Source of the DNA: Macrostomum lignano | Lineage: Eukaryota | Length of the DNA: 64,000 bases | NCBI GenBank assembly: GCA_002269645.1 | Contig: NIVC01000590.1 | Span: 1 to 64,000, forward strand | Direction of reading: 5' to 3' | In this document: piece by piece, positions 41,501 through 52,502 of the stretch | Layout of the letters: every line of letters starts with the position of its first letter | How positions within the stretch are numbered: position 1 is the first letter of the stretch | Program-made: the position numbers and the translations under genes | The notes under the pieces: model-generated | What the model was told of the DNA's origin: nothing | The model's input: the letters and a program-made list of their open reading frames with translations, nothing else | Database searches by the model: none

Positions 41501-43700
41501 TTTGCATTAGCTATGGTTCACCAGCATATCAGCAATGCTTCACCAGTAGTTTAACAATGCTTCACCAGCAGTTTAGCAATGCTTCACCAGCAGTTTAGCA
41601 ATGCTTCACCAGCAGTTTAGCAATGATTCACCAGCACTGTTTTGCACAATCAGTAAGCAGATGGTCACTAATCTTTGCTTATTGCCATATTGTTTCTGGA
41701 TAATCGAAACCAAATGAAATGCTTTGTCAACTTGCAGGTTAAAATTGATTTGTAATCCCCTTACATATTTATTATTTTATTTTATACATCAGATTAGCAC
41801 TGCTCACCCCGATTAGCGCTGCTCTTAAAGCTTAGCGTAGCCCCAGCAAAAGTATCTACAAAATAAAAATGCTAAAAATTTGCATGAATCCTCATAGGAA
41901 ACAATGATTATTGTCACAAAGATAAATTCGCTGCTTCAATACAGACTCGAACCGCCGACCTTCTGCTAAAAGCCTTATAGTATTCAAGAAGTTTAGTAAC
42001 TTCGGCAGTTTGAAGTTAACCCCCCCCCTGAAATCGGCAGTTATCTCCACAACATCCTGAAATTAGCTATCACTTCTAATCCCACAAACAGACTGCAGTC
42101 ATACACTTAGCAGCCTGCAGATATCCACTGTGCCGTCTACAACTTTCATTAACATCAGCAAACTACAATACTTCACTCAGCAGTCCGCAGTTATCCACTC
42201 AACAACTTGCACTTAATTCTTCACAGCTATTATCCACTTTAAACTCTGTAGATAGTTATCCCCTCAACAGTTTGCTGCTATGCACTCATAAGTGTGGAGG
42301 AACTACCTCAGCAGTTTGTTCCATTTTTCCCTTTGCAGTCTGCATGAATGATCCCTTTGACAATCTGCAGTTCCCCTCAGCATCTTCTGTTCTCCTTTCC
42401 AATAATCTTCCAATCTTCCAATAATCTAAAAATGTGCTCAGCATTTTACGGCTCACTAAACAATTTTCAGTACATATCGGCATTCTTAAAAAGCTCAAAA
42501 TTTGGCAATACCTTTAAGCAATTTTAACAGCATGGTCTGCAGTTTAATAGCAATTTCATACTTTCATGGTGCGAGGCAGTACTCGTTGATGGGATCAGTA
42601 ATACACGAAGCAGTTTTTTAAAATCAAATTTGATAAGTGGCTTGTGCCAAGTAGCAAAAATTATTTGCTAATTAATAAAAAATGTTGCAATTAAAATTAA
42701 TAAAAAATATGTTATATTTAGTCGAGTCACAAGCTACAAATGAATGAATTTACTTATTTTAATTATCCACCGGGGAGGCGGACTCGAACCTTGGACCTTA
42801 CGCCTAGCCTAAACCTAGTCCTAGTGCCTACACTGCGGCTATTCCGCCTACTGATGGAAGGGCGCAAAAATCAGACATATATGCTTCGGCACTGCAGTCA
42901 AATACATAGCAGTGATAGCCTGCTCAGTGTGCACAGTTTTGGTGCTGGCAGAGCCATTGCACAGTTAAGTAAATCTCTCAATTTCAATACTTTTAACATG
43001 CAGTGGCTGATTTCTCTCTCCCTCCAGAGTGCCTGCGCAATGCTTGGCACACTGCCTCCTGCTGAAAAGCTCAGAGTCAGTTTATAGCGAGAATATGCAG
43101 TACGCAGTGGTGGCGCAATCATTTAGAATTGGAACGCTGCTTGGCCTTCCATTAAAAGCATTTAGATAAACTTATTTTTCGAATATTTAATACCTTTAGC
43201 ATTGAAGCAGATTAAAGAAATTTTAGCTGTCCTCTTTCCAGATAATTACAAAACTTTTGGCCAAAACGCGATCAAAATTGGTCAAGAATTGCAGTCTGTA
43301 GAGCGTTACGAAAAACAGATCTTTGACGCTTAAAGAGCTCGCTGCTAGCCTCCAGAATAATTTTATTTTTGACCTCTGGTATGGTTGCGCAATTTAAATA
43401 GAGTAATTATCTGGGCAGTGGGGCCCATGAGTTTTCTTATCAGTTCGCTCTGGCGCAATCAATTAAAATTGGCAGTGAAGTTTTTCGCTGATAAAATTTG
43501 CATTGAAAAAGCCCATTTGAAACAGTTTTTCGAATATTTAATCCCTTTAGCATTGAAGCAGATACAATAAATTTTAACCATACAATCCCAGGCTGATTAC
43601 AAATCTTTTGGCGAAAACGCGATCAAAATCGGTGAAGAATTGCAATCTCTAGAGCGTTATGGACAAGCATACAAACCTTAGAGATTTAGTATATTTAGAA
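38505..43700 (-). mobile_element. Non-autonomous Helitron, family C, copy 2; near-identical to 34213-38504
   Basis: CTAG plus hairpin at 38505-38530. Identical spurious ORFs at 35766/40980, 37047/42286 and 37501/42740 show a recent duplication. The family B-type 5' end motif (agtatatttagaag) recurs at ~43690-43700. Confidence 0.65.
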
Positions 43701-43702
43701 GG

Positions 43703-44060
43703 AAGGAAAAGAGTGACCTTGGTGGTCACAAAACTTAAAGTACATATTTTAGGGATGATAACGATATCTGTCTGTCTGTCTGTCTGTGTGTCTGTCTGTC
43801 TGTGTGTCTGTCTGTCTGTGTGTCTGTCTGTCTGTCTGTCTGTCTTAGCAGCTATCGTCTGTCTGTCTGTCTGTCTGTCGGTCTGTCTGTCTGTCTGTCT
43901 GGGCCTATCGTGTCTGTATCAATCATTATTGTGTGGGTCAACGAGCCAACCCGTAAAGTAGCATTTAAAATTCAGTTTTATCTGACAATTTCTTATGATC
44001 AGGGCCTAGACTCTTTAAAATGAAATTAACTAATTGATAAAAAATGAGCAAAGGTCTATC
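43703..44060 (-). mobile_element. Possible Helentron-associated (HINE/DINE-1-like) element, interrupted by the Gypsy insertion
   Basis: Hairpin GTGACC-TTGGT-GGTCAC at ~43713-43729 next to a (CTGT)n tract at 43766-43915. The far end was not identified. Confidence 0.35.
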
Positions 44061-45046
44061 TGATATAGTGATATAGTAATAATTGCTTATATTATGTATA
44101 TTACTCGTTAAATGCGTTATAAAAATTATATATCCATTTATTAGCAAAATATTTCTGTCTAATTGATCATTAAAAGTAGCCTAAATATCGTGTTTTGCCT
44201 CAAATACGCTTATAGTGCCTCTTATTTTTAATGTTTTGTTATAAATTGTCCGCCATTTTTACTAAAGTTACTATAAATATGAGCAAATAAATTTGTAGAG
44301 AGCCCAGACTTCTGTGGCCGCCTCTAGTAACAGGCTTTGCCTCTCGGCCAAATTGAACAGTTGTTCCAAAAATAGATCTGTCTATGAGTTATTCCTTTGA
44401 AGGCGCCCGCCTTTCCCCTTCCCCGAGAGGTCTTGTTCAGCTATAAGCGTACAGCCCTTTCTCCCTCCCCCCTCAGAGAACGTACAGTCTCTTACTGAGT
44501 AATATTTCTAACCCCCCTTTGTCCCTTATCAGTTGGACAGGCGTGAGGCCTCCCTTTCCCCGATCTCTAAGTAACCTGGCGAATTGCCAACTCCTTATCC
44601 AGACACACTGTCTGCTTAGGCGTCATGCCTTTAGCTAATTCCCCATTAAGGCATATCCTTCCCATGTCAGCATTCCCTATTAGCTATTAAATTCCCCCTT
44701 TTGTGCGCCCCGTTTCCCAGGCAACTCCGATCCATCGCGTAGCCCTCCCTCGGACTAGTTAAGTTTAATTTAGACAGTGTCTTGCCGCTCGGACACTCAC
44801 GCCACCAGGAGCAACCATTGGCTTACTCCTATTAGTAATAAAACTAGCATATCTTTCGGAAATCCCAAGAATCCCCTCCCCCCACAACAGATTTGGTGTC
44901 AGAATAGGAAAACTTCCCCTCCCCCCAAGACCCCTGTAACAGAAATTGGTAGCAACATTGTGATTAAACCACAGGCGAAAGTTTACCCTGTAACAGATTT
45001 TGGTAACAGCGGTAGGATTTTCTTAATAATAAACAGCCCTATAACA
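44061..45046 (+). repeat. 5' LTR (986 bp)
   Basis: Direct repeat of 52503-53486; AATAAA at 44837-44842. Confidence 0.97.
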
Positions 45047-45051
45047 GATTT

Positions 45052-45064
45052 TGGTGGCAGCGGT
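45052..45064 (+). promoter_or_regulatory. Primer-binding site used by this copy (tRNA-Leu AAG/TAG type)
   Basis: TGGTGGCAGCGGT begins 5 nt after the LTR end and complements the metazoan tRNA-Leu 3' end ...ACCGCTGCCACCA. Confidence 0.8.
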
Positions 45065-45135
45065 AAAGGATCTGAATCTGGTGAAACGCGCACTTAAACC
45101 AACCCAAACTCTAAACCCCCTATCCTTGAAGTATA

Positions 45136-46125
45136 ATGGCCGCAGGAATCAATGAAGCCCTTGCGCTCTTAGCTGAAGAGCTCCGCAACCGACTCGAATT
45201 AGGCCCCCTCAGACATGTAAAGATCCAGAAGTACCTTCCCAGCCAAGATATCAGAGTCTGGCTTACCGCATTTGACCAGAGATGTGAAAATGAAGGCATA
45301 GAAGAAGAAAACCGGAAGCAGGAACTGCTTACCAATCTAGACCTGAGTACTGCGTTTGCAGCAGTTCAACGCCTCAACCTCCCAGCTAATCTCCCCTATG
45401 AAGAATTCAAAGAAAGACTAATCGAAAGATTTGGAAAAGTAGGTAGCTCCGCTGAATTTCGCGAAGAGTTTAGGAATCGCTGCCAAGGCAGAAACGAATC
45501 CACTGACAGTTTTGCCGATGCTTTGATTGAATTAGCTTCCCGCGCATTCCTAAATATGGATGCTGAGCAGAGAGAAGAAGAACTGGTCGAACAGTTCATC
45601 AAAGGTGTGAGAACCCCTCCCGACACCCGTGAGAAGCTGATCTTTGCCCAACCGGCTAGTCTCCAAGCCGCCCGCAGAATGCTGCGCAGAATTGAAGCTG
45701 CTTATCAGATGTCCCACAAAGGAGGAATTAGAGTGACCAAGGATGAGAAAGAGGAGCACAAGGTCAGAACCGATCAGTTGATCATTGACCAGCAGACTAA
45801 GATTGATCGCCAAGAAAGGCTTATTCAGAACCTGCAGAAGCAACTGGCTGAAACAGCGCAATGCGCTCCGCCATCTCAGGTGTTCCCCCAGCAACAGTAT
45901 AGGCAGCCACCTCCTCAGCAGTACAGACATCCAAACCCTCAGCTGTACAGACAGCCACCCCAGCAGCAGTACAGGCCGCAACCTCAGCAGCAGTACAGGC
46001 CCCAGCTGATAAACCAACCGCCAAGGCGTGAACCCCCAAGAAGGAATGAGCGTCAGCCCCCCAATCCCAGATATGAGCCGCTGAAGTTCCGCAACCCCCG
46101 TGACTCCCAGAAGTCGGGAAACTGA
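45136..46125 (+). CDS. gag: Gag (329 aa)
   Basis: ORF after the PBS with capsid-like FKERLIERFG..FRNRCQGRNES..FADAL..LA..EQFIKG and a Q/P-rich C-terminus; no CCHC knuckle seen. Confidence 0.85.
   Translation: MAAGINEALALLAEELRNRLELGPLRHVKIQKYLPSQDIRVWLTAFDQRCENEGIEEENRKQELLTNLDLSTAFAAVQRLNLPANLPYEEFKERLIERFGKVGSSAEFREEFRNRCQGRNESTDSFADALIELASRAFLNMDAEQREEELVEQFIKGVRTPPDTREKLIFAQPASLQAARRMLRRIEAAYQMSHKGGIRVTKDEKEEHKVRTDQLIIDQQTKIDRQERLIQNLQKQLAETAQCAPPSQVFPQQQYRQPPPQQYRHPNPQLYRQPPQQQYRPQPQQQYRPQLINQPPRREPPRRNERQPPNPRYEPLKFRNPRDSQKSGN
46116..46122 (+). promoter_or_regulatory. -1 ribosomal frameshift slippery heptamer G GGA AAC
   Basis: X XXY YYZ in the gag frame immediately before the gag TGA; the -1 frame is open for about 100 codons. 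Confidence 0.7.
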
Positions 46126-49100
46126 GAAGCCAGGGTCGAGTTAAGAGGCCACGCCCCTCAGGCCAAAATTCTGCTTACTCTCCGGCCTCCCCATCATTCG
46201 AAAATGCCCCCCAACCAAAATACCGGCAACCTCCTCAGTACGGTTTCCGTTATCCCCGCAAAACCTCCCATGTACAGCCAATGCCTGTGAATAATGCGAT
46301 ATCTGTCTCCCCCAATAATTTTTCACTTCTTGCCTTTGACGAAATCGACGATGCCATGCCAAATGCCCCCCCCCTGACCCCCATGTGTACAATGACCCCC
46401 ATGCGACTACAGCTCACGCGACTGCTTCCCATGTAACCAATGCGATTTCTGCTCATCACGCGTCCGCACCCCATGTACCCACTGCGCTTGCACCCCATGT
46501 ATCCTATGCGATTAAAACCTATAATGCTTTATTCAGTGCTGGAACCCGCTCAAAGAAGCGACAAAAGCCAAAACCCAATTCCCCATCCCGAATCGACCTG
46601 ACTAAGCTAGAAGGCTATGAAGCTGTAATTGTCGGCGAAATCCAGAAAGAATCGATTGATTTCTTGCTAGACACAGGCGCCAGAAATAATTTCCTGAGCC
46701 GCTCAACCTGGTCTAAGCTATTCCGTGCCGATCAAATCCGAGACACTAGCAAAAGCATTAGTACATTTGACGGTACCCCAGTTCAATTAGAAGGAGAAGT
46801 ATCCGCCCAAGTGAAATTTGGCGATATCCAAATCGAAGTTGATTTCCTCCTATGCCGACATGATTGTGACAATATTCTAGGTATGAATTTTTCCTATCCC
46901 AATGTGAAAGCATTCAGCTAGCCAAAGGAATGCTAGTGCTTAATGAAGGTACCTGTATACCCATGCAGTATACACGCCTACCCGTGAAAGTTTGCCGAGT
47001 TTATACTCAAGAAAGAGTAATCATCCCAGCTAATAGTGCCCTCCGAATACCCGTGAAATTAGCCAAGAATTGTGAATCGAATTATGGCACCCCCATGACC
47101 ATTGAAGCCATTGGCGATACTGTCCGAACCCGTGATTTCTCATTAGAAATGGTTCCAACACTAGTAACTATGAAAGAAGGCAAAGGAATTGTTGAAATTA
47201 TTAACCGCCATCCAGTAGATGTGAATCTAACTAAAACTTCCCTAATTGGCTTAGCCAGACCCATGAAAGCTAAAGATCTAACCTATTGGCAAACCCCAAC
47301 TCCCAACCCCCAACCCCCTGTGAAAGTCAACCAGACTCAATGTACTGAAGATTCCTGGATTAATGAAGTGAGCCTTGGCCCTGAACTGTCGGATGAACAG
47401 CGTAAAGCAGTCATCGATCTTATGAAAGAAAACCGTGAAGCCTTTTCCCAGAACGAATTAGACATGGGCCTGACACACTTAGTAACCCACGAAATCTCCA
47501 TCAAAGACCCCACCCCCGTTAGAATCCCAGCTAGACGCATCCCCCCGCACTTGCAAAAGCAAGTTGACGCCCAATTAGACGATATGTTAGCCAAAAACCT
47601 AATTAGACCCTGTATTCAACCTACTCCACTCCCCTAGTAATTGTCCCCAAGAAAGATGGTTCTATTAGAATCGTGAGCGATTTCCGCGTACTCAACTCAA
47701 GAGTTAATTACTACCCCTACCCCCTCCCTAATATTCAAGAGACCTTCTCCCACCTAACTGGTAGCCAATACTTTAGCAGCCTAGACTTAAACTCAGGATA
47801 CTGGCAAGTCCCCATCAAAGAAGAAGACAAGCATCGAACCGCCTTCTCCACCCTAACTAGAGGCCAATTTGAATACCAAGTAATGGCCCAAGGACTTTCC
47901 AATGCCCCCGGAACCTTCCAACGCCTAATGAATTTAGTACTATTAGGAATTCAACACAAGTTCGCCATGTCCTATATCGATGACATAATCGCCTACTCCC
48001 AAACTTTTGCCGACCATTTAGATCACCTAAGAGAAGTGTTTAAGCGACTAATTGCCGCAGGTCTGAAATTGAGACCCAAAAAGTGCAATCTTTTCCATCA
48101 CGAGTTGAAATATCTAGGACACGTGATTGGCCGACAAGGCATCAGAACAGATGAAGCCAAAATAGAAGCTATCAAAACTTGGCCCCGTCCCAAAGACGTA
48201 AAGGAACTACGCAGTTTTCTTGGCCTATGCAATTATTATTGCCGATTCGTGAAAAATTATGCCGAAGTGGCTCACCCCCTATTTCAATTGACCCGAAAAG
48301 GAGTTCAGAATTTCCTATCTAAGTGGAGCAAAGTGCATGACGAAGCCTTCGAGTCCCTGAAGCAGCGAATGATGTCCACTGAAGTGTTAGCCTACCCCGA
48401 ATATGTCGAAGACGAAAATGTGAAAATGGTGCTCGACACAGATGCCAGTGACGACAGGATTGGCGCATGCCTTGGCCAAATCCAGAGTGATGGCATAGAG
48501 CGACCAATAGCCTATTTTAGTAGAGCAATGAAGGAATCAGAGAAGCGATACCCCATTACTCGGAAAGAATTGTTAGCCCTTGTCGACGCTATGAGGCATT
48601 TCAGATTTTATCTGATCGGCAAGAAATTCTTAGCCCGAACTGATCATAAAGCGATAATTTGGCTCATGAGACAAACTGAAGCAACCGGAATCCTAGGAAG
48701 ATGGATAGAGCGCCTAAATGAATTCAGGTTCGACATTGAACACAGAAGCGGCGCAAAACATTCCAATGCCGACGGATTGTCGAGAAGACCAGCTGAGATA
48801 GCTGAAGCCCCTGAAGTATCCCCTGAAGTAGCCCCTGAACTTGCTGAAACAGCACCTGAAGTTTCTGAAGTCCCTGACGCAGCCACTGAGCCTGCTGAAG
48901 CGATCCTTGAAACCCCTGAAATATCTGAAGTAATTTCTGAGAACCCTGAGCCAATCCCTGAGAAAGTTGAGAAATTGACCCCTGTTCCCCTGAGAGATGC
49001 GAGTGCTCCCGCTGAAACTAAGGACAACCCCATGTCCCAGTCACCTGAAGCCCTGACAGAAAGCGAGACCCAGACCGAATGTCCCGAATCTAGGACAATG

Positions 49101-50969
49101 CTGAATGTCTCAGGTAGAGAAGTAGATGAAAGAGAAGAAGAAACAGGAAAGTGTGAAAAACTATTAACTGATTATCTTCCCAGCCCTCTGAAGAAAGAAC
49201 AGATTATAGAAGCCCAAGTCGCTGACCCCATCATTAAAGCTCTATTAGAAGCTAAAGCCCAGAAATTGAGCCAATTTCCCAAATCACCGGACGTGCCAGA
49301 AAAGATCAGTAAGCATTATGCACTGATGAAAATCGATAACGAATTATTAATAATCACCGAAGGCGAAAAGGACAAAGTAGTTTTGCCCCCATCCTTAGAT
49401 AAAGCAGTCTTTATTGACCTACACTACAGCCCCCTCGCAGGACATCTAGGAAGAGATAAGACGCTCCAGAGAATCCGAGAAAGATTTTGGCGACCCGGAT
49501 TGAGTACCTCAGTTGAGCAGTTGATTGCTGAGTGCATCCCCTGTCTCGAGAGTAAGAAAGGCCACTTTGTGCAAGCTCCTATCCAATCGTTCCCCATTGG
49601 CGAAGCTTTCAGCCGCCTGCACATAGACATTATCGGCCCGATCTCAAAAGAGAGTAAGCGAGGTCACAAATATGTTTTAACAATTGTTGATAGCACAACT
49701 AGATATCCCTTTGCTTTTCCCATTAGAAATCAAAAATCAGACACAGTCATTAAAATACTACTTGAACGAATAGTAGCAGAGTATGGACAGCCAACATGGA
49801 TTCACACGGACAATGGAAAAACCTTTGCTAGTAAACAGTTTAAGGCATTTTGTGAATTATATAATATTCGCCACACCTTCACTACCCCCTATCATGCCCA
49901 ATCTAACGGATTAGTAGAACGCTTTAATAAGCAAGTTAAATCGATCATCACCTGCCTGATCAATAAGGATCATGGTGATTGGGATTTATTAATTCCCGCA
50001 GCTTTAGTAGCCGTTCGCACCAGCCCCAATGCAACAACAGGATTTTCCCCGCACTTTCTACTATTTGGAAGAGAAGCTACTCTACCCTTAGACACTCAAA
50101 TTCGTAGTACAGCAGAGCATGCCGACTATCCCGCCTATATATCCAAACATGCTGAAAGATTAGAAGAAGCTAGCAAAATCGTTAAGAGGAAATTAGAAAA
50201 AGTGACAGAGAAAAGACAGATAGCCGCTGAAACTAATAAACTTCCCCCCAGAGTCCCCATAGGCTGTTTAGCATTAATTAACAACCCCCAATTAGACACC
50301 GAAGAGTCCCACAAATTTCATCGGAAGAAACGATCAGCATTTAGAGTGATAGCTCAAATTTCTGAAGTAGTTTTTAAAGTTCAAAAAGAAGAAGACGGAA
50401 AATTAATTGGCAAAGAAATGTTAGTGCACCGAGACAATTTAACGCCCGTGCCCAATTCAACCACAGAACTTTTTACTAAGGAAAGCCAGGAGAGCGCTCC
50501 CGCTTATGTTTCCGCCCCCAACCCCGCTCCTATTCCTATTTCCGCCCCTACTTCCGCCCCTACCCCCGCTTCAACTGAACCGAAGAGACAACTCCCAATT
50601 AAGGAAAGCCACCCCCGCCGGAAAATCCCAGAATTAAATCAGTCCAACCCTATTGAATCTGAAGAATCATCTGACGAAGAAGAAATCAATTGGCGATGCC
50701 AACTAAGAGAAGAGAATAATGAAGGAGAAATAGCTGAAGAATGGTCTGAAGCTCAGACAGAGAATGAAGAGACCAATGAGTCAGAAAACGAAGCCTTGAA
50801 TGAAGAAGACCCTCAACCCCTACCCCCCTCTCCTGTCCCGCAAGATCCCGAGCCCGCGCACACCCACCCCTACAATCTGAGGCGCCCAACCCAAGCCAAA
50901 CAAAGATGTGACTGCCATCTGAAACGTCTATTGAAAGCCCTCAATTTATTGCGTAACCTCGAATTTTAG
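46116..50969 (+). CDS. pol: Pol polyprotein (PR-RT-RNase H-IN), split here by three single-base losses
   Basis: Protease LLDTGA; RT YPLP..LDLNSGYWQV..TAF..QGLSNAPGTFQR..YIDD; RNase H LDTDAS..YFSR..ELLAL..TDHKA; integrase H-H-C-C (HYSPLAGH..CIPC) and D,D,E (HIDIIG, TDNG, GLVERFN). Breaks near 46366-46374, 46888-46892 and ~47613. Confidence 0.93.
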
Positions 50970-51280
50970 CCCTCTCGCCGTCCCCGATTGCACAAAGAAC
51001 CCCAAATTTTAGATAAAGGAAGAACGCATCTTGAACAATGCTAATGTACAAAGACCCACTAAAATTATCGATCCAAAGCAAAACTAGACCCCAAAAAAGA
51101 CAGAAAATGAGGTGGGTTACGAAAATAAGAATCCCAGAAAACAGGAACAAAAGGGACCAATAAGTAAACACTCGAAATCGAAATTGCACAACCAAGTTCA
51201 ACAGCTAGCTTGACTCAAGCCTTCCCAAACTATCTATAAGATTTTTACTCCCCAATTTAATCTGATTTGAAAAGATTAAA

Positions 51281-52185
51281 ATGACCTCTGGAGACGAGCT
51301 TCAACGATTAGAAGAAGAACTTGCCCTCTCGGATAGTAATGCTAGCGAGTTCGATCACGAGGAAGAGAATGACCCCAGCCCTCCTGAGCGCCAGCCAACT
51401 CGTCCCAACAAGCCTGGAGCTAAGCCTAGAAGATTGCGTCAGTCGTGACCCGCCCGCCAGCTAAGCCAGTCAGCAGTTCGCCCCAAGAACGCAAGCGTCT
51501 ACTAGAGCAACAAGCTGCCGCCCCTGTGGAGCCTTCGGCCGACATTGTCCGCCGTCAACCCTCAGGCTCTCGCGCCGCCCAAGTCCTACCCCCGAGTGAG
51601 GCGCCGCCCATCATGCGCCGAGTACGCGAAAACCAGACCGTCAAGCAAGAGCCCAGGGAACGTTCAAGATCTCCGGCGAAGCCTTTAGTTACGCCACCGC
51701 CCCAGTATGGCGTCAGGCCGCCCCACCAAGCGAGGCCCGGCCCCTCCAACCCAATGCCAATCGATCTACGCGTACAGGTTCCGCCCCTAATGGCTAATGC
51801 AGAGCCACGAAGGCCCCCACTCCAAGAGTTAGGCAGAGATTTCAACCAAATCGTATCAGGTCTCCCCGAGTTCCGCCGTGCCCAATTCCGGCAGCAAATC
51901 GTCACCCTGAAGCATTATCTAGTGAAGGTTGGTCGCTTCCGCCTCGATGGAAGGATGTTTCCCCAAAGGGTGGAAGTCTCGGCAGCCCTCGAAGACCTGC
52001 TGCGCATGCAGCAGGCGCAGGCTATAGCTGCCTGGCGCCGCGCCACCGTCTACGCTTTACAAGACTTGTCCCGCGGCAATCGTCAGTACAATCGCGAGAA
52101 CGTGGCCACTGAAGTACTCTGGATCGGCCAAAGCTGCGGCTGGCCCGACCCGGATGGTCTACCTTGCGAGTTCCGATGGAATTAA
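51281..52185 (+). CDS. Extra ORF3 of unknown function between pol and the 3' LTR (~300 aa if one missing base near 51430 is restored)
   Basis: ATG at 51281 (MTSGDELQRLEEELALSD...) reads to a stop at 51446-51448. The overlapping -1 frame is open from 51430 to 52185 (246-aa ORF in the track). Confidence 0.6.
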
Positions 52186-52502
52186 CTGAAGTAGCAATAG
52201 TATTGCATGACATTTTTTCGAACATTTATTTTTGCGAAATAATTACTAACCATTACGACATTTTAACATCTTTGTGCCTAATAAACGTTATAGTCATGAA
52301 TTATTTTGTAGTAAACTTTTGTAATTTTGCATTTTTCTTTTTTTTTAGCATGCATTCTTCGCCTGATAAATTTTGTTGCCACTTATTCTCCGCATTAAAT
52401 TCAACTACTCTTTTCATACTACTATAATCCATGTAAATGCGTTTTTTAAGAATTTTGTCTCACTAATAAATATATTCGCAAAATTCGTTCAGGAAAGCCA
52501 GT

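Noticed and set aside
44881-45072. CRISPR array interpretation of the repeat-spacer pattern
   Set aside because: Eukaryotic LTR context, no cas genes, and the repeat is the LTR terminus plus TGG. Reported instead as a PBS array.
51445-52185. ORF3 as an envelope gene
   Set aside because: No signal peptide or hydrophobic transmembrane segment.
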